From Marinicella sp. (GTDB taxonomy: Bacteria; Pseudomonadota; Gammaproteobacteria; Xanthomonadales; Marinicellaceae), in assembly GCA_965230295.1 (NCBI GenBank), contig OZ246001.1, positions 256,001-320,000 of the forward strand: a stretch of DNA of 64,000 nucleotides, read 5' to 3'. The notes below the pieces were generated by a model that was given only the letters and a program-made list of their open reading frames with translations, searched no databases and had not been told where the DNA came from. Positions 10,490 through 20,705 of the stretch are shown here, piece after piece. The position numbers and the translations under genes were made by a program. The stretch's first letter is position 1. Every line of letters begins with the position of its first letter.

Positions 10490-11095
10490 ATGAAAAATTT
10501 TAAATTAAAACCTGTCAATGCAGCCATTGCAGCAGCCGTAACAGTCGTTGGAGCTGGTGCTTTAATGAGTGGCACGGATAACCCATTTGGTCAAACAGAT
10601 TTGAGCGATGGTTACCAAAATGCTGATGGTCGCATTGCTAAAGCCGATGGGTCTGGAGAAGGCAAATGCGGTGAAGGTAAATGTGGCGGCGACGATAAAA
10701 AAGCCGAAGGCAAGTGCGGTGAAGGCAAATGCGGTGGCGACAAAAAAGCCGAAGGCAAATGTGGTGAAGGCAAATGCGGCGGCGACAAAAAAGGCAAAAA
10801 AGCCGAAGGCAAATGCGGTGAAGGCAAATGCGGCGGCGACAAAAAAGGCAAAAAAGCCGAAGGCAAATGCGGTGAAGGCAAATGCGGTGGCGATAAAAAA
10901 GGCAAAAAAGCCGAAGGCAAATGCGGTGAAGGCAAATGCGGCGGCGACAAAAAAGCCGAAGGCAAGTGCGGTGAAGGCAAATGCGGCGGCGACAAGAAAG
11001 CCGAAGGCAAGTGCGGTGAAGGCAAATGCGGCGGTGATAAAAAAGCCGACAAAGCCGAAGGTAAATGCGGCGAAGGTAAATGCGGCGGCCAATAA
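10490..11095 (+). CDS. HvfA/BufA2-like RiPP metallophore precursor with nine EGKCGEGKCGG units (18 Cys)
   Basis: Sec-like N-terminus, NPF...L..GY leader motif, EGKCG repeats; immediately upstream of DUF692 gene. Confidence 0.9.
   Translation: MKNFKLKPVNAAIAAAVTVVGAGALMSGTDNPFGQTDLSDGYQNADGRIAKADGSGEGKCGEGKCGGDDKKAEGKCGEGKCGGDKKAEGKCGEGKCGGDKKGKKAEGKCGEGKCGGDKKGKKAEGKCGEGKCGGDKKGKKAEGKCGEGKCGGDKKAEGKCGEGKCGGDKKAEGKCGEGKCGGDKKADKAEGKCGEGKCGGQ
10658..11089 (+). repeat. Coding tandem repeat, nine units (mostly 45-54 bp)
   Basis: GCCGAAGGCAAATGCGGTGAAGGCAAATGCGGCGGCGACAAAAAA(GGCAAAAAA) repeated; three consecutive near-identical 54-bp units. Confidence 0.95.
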
Positions 11096-11109
11096 CTGGA
11101 TAAACTGAA

Positions 11110-11964
11110 ATGAAAAAATTAGACATTTCAGGCGCCGGTATCGGTTTGAGACGGGGACTTGTGTCCCCGTTTCAGTCTCATGGTGACCTCAATCCAGTCA
11201 AGTTCATGGAAGTGGCACCAGAAAACTGGATGACTGTGGGCGGTAAAGCCCAACATGACTTCAGGGCTTTTGCTGAGCAATACCCCATGATTTTGCATGG
11301 ATTATCGCTTTCTATAGGTGGGCCTGATGAACTTAATGTGGCTTTTCTCAAAGCTTTAAAAAAATTCAAAGAATCCATCAAGGCACCCATTTATTCAGAA
11401 CACCTCTCCTATTGCACTGATGGCGGTCAATTGTATGATTTGATGCCCATTCCATTCACCCTGGAGGCGGCCGATTACGTGGCGGATCGAGTCTTACAGG
11501 TGCAAGACATCTTAGGTGAACGCATGGCACTGGAAAATGTGTCATATTACTTACGCCAGCCCAACTCGGAAATGACTGAGATTGAATTCATCAACCATGT
11601 CATCAAGAAAGCTGATTGTTATTTACATCTGGATGTCAACAACATCCATGTCAATAGCGTTAATCACCGTTATGACCCCTATGAATTTCTCAACCAGTTA
11701 CCCACTGACAGGATTGCATATATTCACATTGCCGGCCACTATAACGAAGCCGATGATTTGATCGTTGATACCCATGGTGCAGCTGTGATTGAAAAGGTGT
11801 GGCAAATCTTAGAATACACATACCAAAATCATGGCGTTTATCCAACACTTTTGGAACGTGATTTTAATTACCCGCCTGTCGTAGAATTATTGCGTGAAGT
11901 GTCGCGCATAGATGCCTTACAAGAAAAATACAGTGCCAGTCATGACCAGCAAGCCATCCTTTAA
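11110..11964 (+). CDS. Multinuclear non-heme iron oxidative enzyme (MNIO, DUF692; HvfB/BufB-like)
   Basis: GIGLRR, EVAPENW, HGLSLSIGG, SEHLS, LENVSYY, LDVNN, HIAGH, DTHG, LLERD. Confidence 0.95.
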   Translation: MKKLDISGAGIGLRRGLVSPFQSHGDLNPVKFMEVAPENWMTVGGKAQHDFRAFAEQYPMILHGLSLSIGGPDELNVAFLKALKKFKESIKAPIYSEHLSYCTDGGQLYDLMPIPFTLEAADYVADRVLQVQDILGERMALENVSYYLRQPNSEMTEIEFINHVIKKADCYLHLDVNNIHVNSVNHRYDPYEFLNQLPTDRIAYIHIAGHYNEADDLIVDTHGAAVIEKVWQILEYTYQNHGVYPTLLERDFNYPPVVELLREVSRIDALQEKYSASHDQQAIL

Positions 11965-12700
11965 ACAAGTTCAAGTCGACTTCGCAGCTCACATCAGGGA
12001 TCCAGAATCAAACCTCATTCCTGATCACATCGAAGAGCGGCGCATGGACATCTATCGAAACTTGTTCATTAACAGCATCAGTGGCTTACTGAGCGGCTCA
12101 TTTCCAGTCATGAGGTCCCTATTCAGCGATACTGCCTGGGAAAAGCTGGTCAGACAGTTTTTTAAGAAAGAACACAACAAAACCCCTCACTTCCCGGAAA
12201 TACCACGTGAATTTGTGGAATTCCTGAAACAGCATGAAGTGGATCCCAAAAGACCATTTTTATATGAACTGGCCCATTATGAGTGGATTGAGTTGCACTT
12301 AGAAAAACACTCTGTAGAAATCAATAAAAACCATTCAACCCAAGAGCAACAATTGCTGGATCAAATACCTGTGGTTTCTCCGCTGGCCAAAATCCAGGCT
12401 TACCAGTACCCAGTGCACCAAATTAAATCTGATTACCAACCCACTGAACCGTCAGCACAGCCATTGTTTATGCTGATATGGCGAGATGCTGATTACCAAG
12501 TTCAGTTTGCAGAATTGAATCCGTTCTCTGCCATGTTGTTAGAAACATTGGTCAATAACAACAACCAAACCGGCGAACAGATACTGCGTGTACTGGCAGA
12601 ACAAAACAACCAACCAAATACTGACCAATTCATAGTATTCGGCCACCAAGCCATGACCAAATGGCTTCATCAAGACATCATATTAACTACAGAAAAATAA
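11942..12700 (+). CDS. MNIO partner/RiPP-recognition protein (DUF2063; HvfC/BufC-like)
   Basis: QxDFAAHIRDP, RMDIYRNLF, TPHFPEIPREFVEFL, ELAHYEWIEL; overlaps the DUF692 stop. Confidence 0.9.
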   Translation: MTSKPSFKQVQVDFAAHIRDPESNLIPDHIEERRMDIYRNLFINSISGLLSGSFPVMRSLFSDTAWEKLVRQFFKKEHNKTPHFPEIPREFVEFLKQHEVDPKRPFLYELAHYEWIELHLEKHSVEINKNHSTQEQQLLDQIPVVSPLAKIQAYQYPVHQIKSDYQPTEPSAQPLFMLIWRDADYQVQFAELNPFSAMLLETLVNNNNQTGEQILRVLAEQNNQPNTDQFIVFGHQAMTKWLHQDIILTTEK

Positions 12701-12714
12701 CAAAGGAGACAAAC

Positions 12715-13380
12715 ATGTCATTACATGCTGCACAAAATTTGTGGGTCAATCTCACCAGCCGTTTGAATTCAGTGGGCCAATGGGTGCCACCATTTTTAAT
12801 TCGTTTGATCCTGTTTTGGGAGTTTTACGAGGCAGGCACACAGAAAATCAATGGTGAAAATTGGTTTGCAGGCATTCAAAGCAACTTCCCTTTCCCGTTC
12901 AATCACATTCCAGCAGACGTCTCCTGGTTTATGGCAGCCTGGGGCGAATATTTATTCGCCATCCTGTTGTTACTGGGTTTATTCACCCGATTTGCTGCCG
13001 TTTCATTATTGGTGATCACAGCAGTAGCCACAGCAGCCGTTCACTGGCCTGAAAGTTATTCATCATTAGGTCAATTGTGGGAAGGCTATGCGATATCCAA
13101 CAAAGGCGCTGGTAACTTTAAACTGCCATTGTTGTTTGTGATCCTGCTGTTGCCATTGATCTTCTCTGGCGGTGGTAAATTCAGTCTGGATCATGTATTG
13201 ACAAAATTTACAGGCGGTGATGGCACCCACCCCATCACTTCTGATTTCGTTTCGAAAGGTTTGGGTCTGATCGTGATCGGCTTGCCTTTGTTCTTTGTCA
13301 CTGATTATGTGGGCATCGGATTGATCGTGTTGGGCATTGTATTGGCCATTGCTGATCGATTCATCACACCAAAGGGGTAA
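12715..13380 (+). CDS. DoxX family membrane protein of the MNIO cluster
   Basis: RLILFWEFYEAGTQK, GLFTRFAA, GGGKFSLD; start ATG 12715 after AAGGAG. Confidence 0.88.
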   Translation: MSLHAAQNLWVNLTSRLNSVGQWVPPFLIRLILFWEFYEAGTQKINGENWFAGIQSNFPFPFNHIPADVSWFMAAWGEYLFAILLLLGLFTRFAAVSLLVITAVATAAVHWPESYSSLGQLWEGYAISNKGAGNFKLPLLFVILLLPLIFSGGGKFSLDHVLTKFTGGDGTHPITSDFVSKGLGLIVIGLPLFFVTDYVGIGLIVLGIVLAIADRFITPKG

Positions 13381-13397
13381 ACTTAAGAATCAACTTT

Positions 13398-13426
13398 AAA
13401 AAAGGCCGTATTTTGCGGCCTTTTTT
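13398..13426 (+). terminator. Intrinsic terminator closing the MNIO operon
   Basis: AAAAAAGGCCGTA-TTT-TGCGGCCTTTTTT. Confidence 0.88.
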
Positions 13427-13523
13427 ATGCTTCTGACCACAAACTTAATTTATTCGACACAGTTTTACCCAAATCACAACGATTATGAGTACAATGTTCC
13501 GTCCAAAAAAGACGGAACAATCA

Positions 13524-15710
13524 ATGAAGCAATGTTTAATTCTGTTGTTGTGTGTGGGCACAGCAATACCAGCCCAAGCGGGTCTTGAAGACCTGCTCAT
13601 CAGCGAAATCAACATCATCCCTAACAGCGATGAATTCATAGAAATTCATAACAAAGGCGTTGATGTCATCGACTTATCTGATGTTTATCTGACTGATGCC
13701 ACATTCTCGAACGGCAATGTCTTCTATTACCAGTTGGTAACCGGCGGCGGTGGCGGTGGCGGTTTCAGTGACTTCTACGCCAGATTTCCAGCTGGAGCCA
13801 GCATCACCCCAGGAGAATACCAAACAGTTTCACTCAGCGGTTCCATTGACTTTTTCAACGCTTACGGTGAACAGCCAACCTATGAGTTGTTTGAAGATGC
13901 CGTTTCAGCCGACGGTGTACCTGACATGCGAGAGGCTGTAACCGGCTCCATCAACGACCAGGGATCCTTAACTGACGACAGTGGCGAAGTGGTGGTTTTG
14001 TTGTATTGGGATGGCGCCACAGATCTGGTACAAGATTTGGATTATGTGGTTTGGGGTGACAAAGTTGAAGCCATTGACAAAAGCGGTGTGGCCATAGATG
14101 GCCCTGATGGAGGTGCCGATACCACCACGTACCTGGCAGACACAGCCATAGCTGCACAAACCGCCATTGCCACATCCGCTCATGCCAGTGGTAACAGTTG
14201 GCAACGCATTGACATGACTGAAGGTGCAGAGTCACAATCCGGTGGCAATGGTGTAGCCGGCAGCGATGAAATGTCAGAAAACACAGACTTCACCTTTGGC
14301 GAAGGCGTTCCCACCCCCAATGCAGCCACCAACATCGCACCACCCGTGGCTCAATTTGTGATCAATGAAATTGATGCCGTCAGCAACAATGCTGACTTCA
14401 TTGAATTGTTTGGCAATGCCAACACCAGTACCGATGGATATACAGTGGTCTTGTATGATGGCCTTAATGATGAAGCCACTGCTGTGATCAGTCTGGATGG
14501 CATGAGTACAGATGCCAATGGTTATTTATTGCTGAATAATGCCCTGGAAGACGGTGCTGATGCCGTGGCCTTGTATGCTGCAGATTCAATGAACTTTAAC
14601 ATGGGCGACCCGATCACCTTGACTGACCTCATGGATGCCATAGTTTACGACTCTGGACAACCCGATGATGCTGAATTATTGGGCCTGATCAATGTGGGTC
14701 AGCCACAAGTCAACGAAAATGCCAACGGCAATGCAATGAATGAATCACTGATCCGTTGCACCAATGGATCTGGCGGACAGTTGAACACCAGTTCATTCAA
14801 AGCCTTTACCCCATCACCAGGCGCAGCCAACCTTAATTGCATCACCTTTGATGGTTATTATGACAGTGCAGATGATACCAATTCAGATACATTGCGGCTG
14901 TCATTGCACCAAATAATTGATGACCATGTTTCATACCCCTACACTTCAGGTTCAACAGATACTTGGGATGTGTTGAGTTTCGCAGATGAAGATCCTAACC
15001 CCGCTGTAGATATCAACCCTTCAATTTCAGAAAAAGTATGGATGGTCTATCGAAATATTTCATTTGATACCGAAACTGGTGGCAACAGTAATTACAACAG
15101 AGAGCATACTTGGCCACAATCTTATGGATTTGCTGATGATGTTTTGGGAGATGACAACACAGCCCGAACCGATGCACACCATTTGATGTTGTCAGACATC
15201 AATTACAATTCAAGCCGTGGAAATAAATATTTTGATTATTGCGACACTGGTTGTAACGAGTTGGTCACAGTAGATTATAATGGACAAGGCGGTGGCTCTG
15301 GAGCATATCCAGGCAATTCAAATTGGACCAACGGAACTGTTTTTGAGGTATGGAATGCCAGAAAAGGAGACATCGCCCGTGCCATGTTTTATATGGATGT
15401 CAGATATGATGACCTTCCAGGTGACCCAAGTGGCATACCCATCGGAGAAGTTGATCTTATTTTGACTGATGACCCAAATGACATAAATAATGACCAACCT
15501 TACATGGGTTTATTATCGGTGCTGTTAGCGTGGCATGATTTTGACCCTGTTGATGAAATCGAATTACTAAGGAATGATGAAGTGTTTGCGCTCCAAGAAA
15601 ATCGCAATCCATTCGTTGATCACCCGGAATGGGTTGAATGTATCTTTGTTGCTGGAGGCAAATGCACCACCAACATTGATGACCTCATCTTTGCCGATGA
15701 TTTTGAGTAA
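13524..15710 (+). CDS. Secreted nuclease: lamin-tail-like domains plus endonuclease I (Bsn-like) domain
   Basis: Signal peptide; LLISEI/FVINEID..FIEL LTD starts; NREHTWPQS, DAHHL, NSSRGNK, KGDIARAMFYMDVRY, QENRNPFVDHPEW; ends DLIFADDFE. Confidence 0.85.
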   Translation: MKQCLILLLCVGTAIPAQAGLEDLLISEINIIPNSDEFIEIHNKGVDVIDLSDVYLTDATFSNGNVFYYQLVTGGGGGGGFSDFYARFPAGASITPGEYQTVSLSGSIDFFNAYGEQPTYELFEDAVSADGVPDMREAVTGSINDQGSLTDDSGEVVVLLYWDGATDLVQDLDYVVWGDKVEAIDKSGVAIDGPDGGADTTTYLADTAIAAQTAIATSAHASGNSWQRIDMTEGAESQSGGNGVAGSDEMSENTDFTFGEGVPTPNAATNIAPPVAQFVINEIDAVSNNADFIELFGNANTSTDGYTVVLYDGLNDEATAVISLDGMSTDANGYLLLNNALEDGADAVALYAADSMNFNMGDPITLTDLMDAIVYDSGQPDDAELLGLINVGQPQVNENANGNAMNESLIRCTNGSGGQLNTSSFKAFTPSPGAANLNCITFDGYYDSADDTNSDTLRLSLHQIIDDHVSYPYTSGSTDTWDVLSFADEDPNPAVDINPSISEKVWMVYRNISFDTETGGNSNYNREHTWPQSYGFADDVLGDDNTARTDAHHLMLSDINYNSSRGNKYFDYCDTGCNELVTVDYNGQGGGSGAYPGNSNWTNGTVFEVWNARKGDIARAMFYMDVRYDDLPGDPSGIPIGEVDLILTDDPNDINNDQPYMGLLSVLLAWHDFDPVDEIELLRNDEVFALQENRNPFVDHPEWVECIFVAGGKCTTNIDDLIFADDFE

Positions 15711-15730
15711 TTCAATGGCATAAGCAGCTC

Positions 15731-15759
15731 AAAAGGCAAGTCCATGACTTGCCTTTTTT
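15731..15759. terminator. Bidirectional intrinsic terminator
   Basis: AAAAGGCAAGTC-CAT-GACTTGCCTTTTTT between convergent genes. Confidence 0.85.
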
Positions 15760-15779
15760 ATGTCCAGAGTAACAACCGA

Positions 15780-17270
15780 TCAGTCGGCCACAGTCAACAA
15801 CTTATACTCATCCAAGGCGCTGTGATCGGTCATGGCGCTGATGTGATCCTGAACCAGGCGGCAGCGGTAATAAAATTCCCACAATTCAGGGTCAGAACTG
15901 TGTTGGTCGATGCTTTTGCTGTAGGCTTTGGTGATTTTTTTATCCACCCGGTTCAACAACAATGCCTCGTAGGACATACCTTGATGGTCCCCTGCAGTCA
16001 GTGCTTGGAATTGGGCACCTGATAATTTCAACAAGGCCCAATAAATATCCAACAATCCAGTGATGATGCGATGTCCTTGCAGTTCTAAGTCTTGAACTTC
16101 CTGGTGGTTAAAAACATGCTCAAAACCTACCTTTTTGAAAGTCTTGATGATGTGGTTGGCCACACTGCCATCTTCCAGCAATGCTTGATTGAATTCGCCA
16201 CCATACACAGCAGATAAATGATCGATAAACCGCTGACTGGCATGGTTAACCAAGTGGTGAATCAAATTCACCCTTAACTTAACAAAATACTCATGGTTGT
16301 GGTTGATGGTGTCCTTACGGCCTGCTTCACTGGCCATTTCCAAAATTTCACTGAAGCTGTTACGTCGTCCATTAAAAGACAAAATATCAGCAGCATCAAG
16401 CTCCCCGCCAAATGCTGCATAAGTAGATGACAACAAGCGCGTCAGTTCATCCAATCCTAAAATCCCTTTTTCAACGGCATCTTCCAAATCAGCCAGACAG
16501 TAAGCGATGTCATCAGCGGCTTCCATGACATAGGTAAAGGGATGCCGGTGACCCGGTTGAATTTGTAATTGTGCCAACATCTCTTTGACAAACGGCTTTT
16601 CCGACAAATAATAGCCAGGCTTTTTTTGTAAGTAACTCAATGGGTCTGATGGGTCAGGTTTGGCATGATATGCAGCACGGGTGTATTTAAGTATGCTGGC
16701 AGATTGTGCATAGGTCAGGTTCATTTGTTGTAAGGAAAATGTCAACCGGATGGCTTGGGCATTGCCCTCAAACTGCATCAAATCTTGTTGCATGTTCATG
16801 CTCAACGTCAGGTTATCAGCACCCTGGAACACTTTGAACTCATTCAGGTGGCGTGTAAACCATTCAGATATGGCCACTTCACCAAAATGACCAAATGGCG
16901 GGTTACCAATGTCATGCATCAAACAAGCCATTTCCACCAAAGATTCAACTGCTGGCTGTAATTCTGCCAATCCTAAGTCAGAAGTTTTATCTGCCAGTTT
17001 CTTGTAAATGGTTTTGACGATGAACCGGCCATTTTGTTGCACCTCCATCGAGTGTGTCAGCCTGGATCTCACCGCAGCATTGCGCTCCAGTGGAAAGACT
17101 TGGGTTTTTTGTTGTAACCGCCGCACAGATGCCGAGTTGATGATGCGGCCCCGATCACTCTCCAAGGCATATTCGATGCGTTTAGGGTCATCTACCGGCT
17201 GTTTATTGCGGTCGTATGGTCGATTGACAATCAGCTTGTTTTTAAAGTTGATGGGTGATTTGAAATCCAT
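15780..17270 (-). CDS. dgt: dGTP triphosphohydrolase
   Basis: RRLQQKTQVFPLERNAAVRSRLTHSMEV, HDIGNPPFGHFGE, EGNAQ, MEAADD. Confidence 0.95.
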   Translation of the reverse strand: MDFKSPINFKNKLIVNRPYDRNKQPVDDPKRIEYALESDRGRIINSASVRRLQQKTQVFPLERNAAVRSRLTHSMEVQQNGRFIVKTIYKKLADKTSDLGLAELQPAVESLVEMACLMHDIGNPPFGHFGEVAISEWFTRHLNEFKVFQGADNLTLSMNMQQDLMQFEGNAQAIRLTFSLQQMNLTYAQSASILKYTRAAYHAKPDPSDPLSYLQKKPGYYLSEKPFVKEMLAQLQIQPGHRHPFTYVMEAADDIAYCLADLEDAVEKGILGLDELTRLLSSTYAAFGGELDAADILSFNGRRNSFSEILEMASEAGRKDTINHNHEYFVKLRVNLIHHLVNHASQRFIDHLSAVYGGEFNQALLEDGSVANHIIKTFKKVGFEHVFNHQEVQDLELQGHRIITGLLDIYWALLKLSGAQFQALTAGDHQGMSYEALLLNRVDKKITKAYSKSIDQHSSDPELWEFYYRCRLVQDHISAMTDHSALDEYKLLTVAD

Positions 17271-17349
17271 GGTCGTATTTTAATCGAGGGCCAAATCAAA
17301 TACTGAACTAATTTTTGCTATCAACCAAGAGTCCACTCTATTGATAGGC

Positions 17350-17396
17350 AAAAAAAAGGGCCACCCCGAATTCTATTCACGGGGTAGCCCTTTTTA
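17350..17396 (-). terminator. Terminator of fusA
   Basis: AAAAAAGGGCCACCCCG...CGGGGTAGCCCTTTTT hairpin with T-run on the minus strand. Confidence 0.8.
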
Positions 17397-17415
17397 ATCT
17401 TTCTTGAAAATCAGC

Positions 17416-19503
17416 TTACTTGGCTTCTTTTCTGGCTTTGGCCGCTGCAATCACTTCTTCAGAGATGGCGTTTGGACATGCACTGTAATGCGAGAACTCC
17501 ATAGAGAACTGACCACGACCTGAAGTCATGGTACGCAATGAACCAATGTAACCAAACATTTCTGACAAAGGTACATCCGCTTTGATGCGCACAGCAGTGG
17601 CGGTTGGGTCTTGCGACTTGATCATGCCACGTCTTCGGTTCAAATCACCAATCACATCACCCACATGATCGTCTGGCGTGAACACATCAACTTTCATGAT
17701 CGGCTCCATGATTTGTGGCGAACACTTCTTCACAGACTGACGGTAAGCACCTTTGGCCGCTGCTTCAAACGCCATGGTTGAAGAGTCAACCGCGTGATAA
17801 GCACCGTCTTGCAAAGTGAATTTCAAGTCTTGTAACGGATAGCCAGCCAGTGGGCCTTCTTCCATCATCATCTCAAAACCTTTTTCAATCGCAGACCAAT
17901 ACTCTTTAGGCACATTACCACCGGTTACGGTTGATTCGAACTCATAGCCTGATCCCACTTCGCCCGGCTCAATGGTGAAGTCAATTTTACCAAACTGACC
18001 AGAACCACCTGATTGTTTCTTATGCGTGTAAGAATCTTCAACTGAGCTGGTGATTGACTCACGGTAGGCCACTTGCGGTGCACCCACTTCCAACTCAACG
18101 CCAAAAGTACGTGACAAGATGTCCACTTTGATGTCCAAGTGCAATTCACCCATACCTTTCAAAATAGTCTCACCTGAATCTTCATCAGTTTCCACTTGGA
18201 AAGATGGATCTTCGGCAACCATTTTACCCAAGGCGTTACCCATTTTCTCAGAACCGCCTTTGTCTTTTGGTGAAACAGCAATAGAAATCACTGGATCAGG
18301 GAAGATCATCGGCTCCAAAGTACAAGGGTGTTTCTGATCACATAAAGTGTGGCCAGTTTGTACGTTCTTCATACCTACAACAGCCAAAATGTCACCGGCT
18401 TGAGCTGAGTCCAGCTCGTTGCGGTCATCGGCGTGCATTTCTACCATACGACCCACACGTTCTGTTTTACCAGTGGCCGAATTCAAGATGGTGTCACCTT
18501 TGTTGATTTTACCTGAGTAAATTCTGACGAAGGTCAAAGCACCAAATCGGTCATCCATAATTTTGAACGCCAAGGCACGGAATGGTTCGTCAACAGAAAC
18601 AATGGCTTTCTCACCAGTAGGCTCGCCAGTTTCTTCATCAGTTAAATCCTGAGGATCCACTTCTACAGGGCTTGGTAAGTAATCTACAACTGCATCCAAG
18701 ATTAATTGCATGCCTTTGTTTTTAAACGCCGAACCACAGTAAGTTGGGAAGAAGGCCAAATCACGGGTACCTTTGCGGATACACTTTTTGATGTCTTCCA
18801 TAGAAACGTCTTCACCTTCCATGTAAGCCATCATCAAGTCATCATCTTGCTCAACAGCTGTTTCGATCAATTGCTCATGGTATTTTTCAACTTTATCAAC
18901 CATGTCAGCAGGCACATCCTGAACCTCAAAGTTTTCAGGTTGGCCCGTGTCGTCCCAAACATAGGCTTTCTTAGACAACACATCAACCACACCAACGAAG
19001 TCATCTTCGATACCAATCGGCAAGGTCATGACCAATGGGTTGGCACCCAGCACGTCTTCAACCTGCTTGACGACTCGGTAAAAATCAGCGCCCATGCGGT
19101 CCAATTTATTTACGAAGATCAAACGTGCAACGCCTGATTCATTGGCATAACGCCAGTTGGTTTCAGACTGAGGCTCAACACCACCAGATCCACAGAACAC
19201 ACCAACACCACCATCCAATACTTTCAACGAACGGTAAACTTCAACAGTGAAGTCAACGTGGCCCGGGGTATCGATGATATTGAAACGGTGATCTTTCCAG
19301 AAACATGTGGTCGCAGCTGATTGAATGGTGATACCACGTTCAGCTTCTTGATCCATGAAATCCATGGTTGATTCACCATCGTGAACCTCGCCCAACTTGT
19401 GGATTTTACCGGTTAACTTAAGAATCCGCTCGGTGGTGGTGGTTTTTCCCGCATCCACGTGAGCAAAGATACCAATATTTCTGTATTTTGCTAAATCTGT
19501 CAT
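17416..19503 (-). CDS. fusA: Elongation factor G (stand-alone copy outside the str operon)
   Basis: [51 protein letters not shown]. Confidence 0.95.
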   Translation of the reverse strand: MTDLAKYRNIGIFAHVDAGKTTTTERILKLTGKIHKLGEVHDGESTMDFMDQEAERGITIQSAATTCFWKDHRFNIIDTPGHVDFTVEVYRSLKVLDGGVGVFCGSGGVEPQSETNWRYANESGVARLIFVNKLDRMGADFYRVVKQVEDVLGANPLVMTLPIGIEDDFVGVVDVLSKKAYVWDDTGQPENFEVQDVPADMVDKVEKYHEQLIETAVEQDDDLMMAYMEGEDVSMEDIKKCIRKGTRDLAFFPTYCGSAFKNKGMQLILDAVVDYLPSPVEVDPQDLTDEETGEPTGEKAIVSVDEPFRALAFKIMDDRFGALTFVRIYSGKINKGDTILNSATGKTERVGRMVEMHADDRNELDSAQAGDILAVVGMKNVQTGHTLCDQKHPCTLEPMIFPDPVISIAVSPKDKGGSEKMGNALGKMVAEDPSFQVETDEDSGETILKGMGELHLDIKVDILSRTFGVELEVGAPQVAYRESITSSVEDSYTHKKQSGGSGQFGKIDFTIEPGEVGSGYEFESTVTGGNVPKEYWSAIEKGFEMMMEEGPLAGYPLQDLKFTLQDGAYHAVDSSTMAFEAAAKGAYRQSVKKCSPQIMEPIMKVDVFTPDDHVGDVIGDLNRRRGMIKSQDPTATAVRIKADVPLSEMFGYIGSLRTMTSGRGQFSMEFSHYSACPNAISEEVIAAAKARKEAK

Positions 19504-19746
19504 GTCGTTAATCTGTCGTTATTTATCGCAGGGATAAAGTTAAAAATCAGGTCTACTTACGTTAAAGAGACCTTTGGCTAAATTGCTGAACAGGTTCGAT
19601 TTTTTTTCGATCTTGGGGTCCAACGTTTTAGACAAAAGTCTCTCAGTCACTTCACGAAACCATAAAGTGCGCGCATCATACTATAAAAGTGCGCTGAGGT
19701 TAAGGAATTCGTGAGATATTGGGGTATTTTTTTGAAATTCAAATAA

Positions 19747-19783
19747 AAAAAGTAAGGGCCCATTAAACCAGGCCCTTACTTTT
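19747..19783 (-). terminator. Intrinsic terminator
   Basis: AAAAGTAAGGGCC...GGCCCTTACTTTT. Confidence 0.8.
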
Positions 19784-19814
19784 GTCTCGATACTTCTTAA
19801 AGGTAAGTCTGTGG

Positions 19815-20456
19815 TTACAGGTATACCACCAAAGCAACCATAGCCACAGTCAGTGCCAGAGACAAATGAATCACACCTTTGACACTGGCCATGGGGCCCA
19901 TTTTGCCAAACAGCGCATTCAGCTCAATCAATACTGTTAAACCCAATGCTGCCCACAGACCATTGGACATACTGGTGGTAATTGGAACCATGCCTTCCAT
20001 AACGGCTGCCCCATGTTTTGATGCGAACATGCAAAACAACATAGGTGCTGACAATAAGGTGTTGGTTCTTGAAGCCAAACCAGCTTTGGCGGCACTTGAT
20101 GCCACATCACCACTGGCTAAACCCAACACCACTTTCTGATTGGGCCAGATGATCAACCACACATTCAACATCATGAAGGTGCCCATCAATGCACCGAGCA
20201 ATATCCAACCAGTTGTAGCAGTGCCCAAAACGCCCAATAAGACCACACCAGTAAGGAACGTCATCATGGCACCCCATCGGAACCACCAAAGTGCTCTGGT
20301 GGCCAATTTGGCTTTGACATCTGGCAATGCTTCCTGAGAAGCCTCTTTGAAATACTCACCTTGTACGAAATTGAAGTAATACAACAAGCCGATCCAAGTG
20401 ATACCAAACAACCCATGACCCCAACGAGCCAATAAATCTACCCAAACATTGTCCAT
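19815..20456 (-). CDS. Urate oxidase N-terminal (PuuD-like) membrane protein, short form
   Basis: RWGHGLFGITWIGLLYYFNFVQ, ALWWFRWGA, NVWLIIWPNQK, ASRTNTLLS; start ATG 20456 after AGGAGG. Confidence 0.8.
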   Translation of the reverse strand: MDNVWVDLLARWGHGLFGITWIGLLYYFNFVQGEYFKEASQEALPDVKAKLATRALWWFRWGAMMTFLTGVVLLGVLGTATTGWILLGALMGTFMMLNVWLIIWPNQKVVLGLASGDVASSAAKAGLASRTNTLLSAPMLFCMFASKHGAAVMEGMVPITTSMSNGLWAALGLTVLIELNALFGKMGPMASVKGVIHLSLALTVAMVALVVYL

Positions 20457-20705
20457 AGTGCCTCCTCTTGACATTAAAATTACGTTAATAGCATTGTATG
20501 GAAGAAGGATTCAACCGTCAATTAATAGATTGATTGATAAGGATTTTTTTAAAGTTAACGCCATGCTGCATGATGGCACGATTGATGTTTTCCAATGTTT
20601 TTATTTTTTATAATTCTATCCGCCGATGCATGACTTTATGTCCAGGATTGTTTTGTATTTATTTGTTAAAATGTTTTACATATGTCTGACAATGTGGGTT
20701 TTCAC

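Noticed and set aside
10562-11126. Alternative-frame and antisense ORFs over the EGKCG repeat, and a possible CRISPR-like reading
   Set aside because: Shadows of an in-frame coding repeat; no unique spacers and no cas genes
15780-17270. dGTPase as an anti-phage system
   Set aside because: Closely follows housekeeping enterobacterial Dgt motifs and has no defence neighbours; cannot be fully excluded without phylogeny
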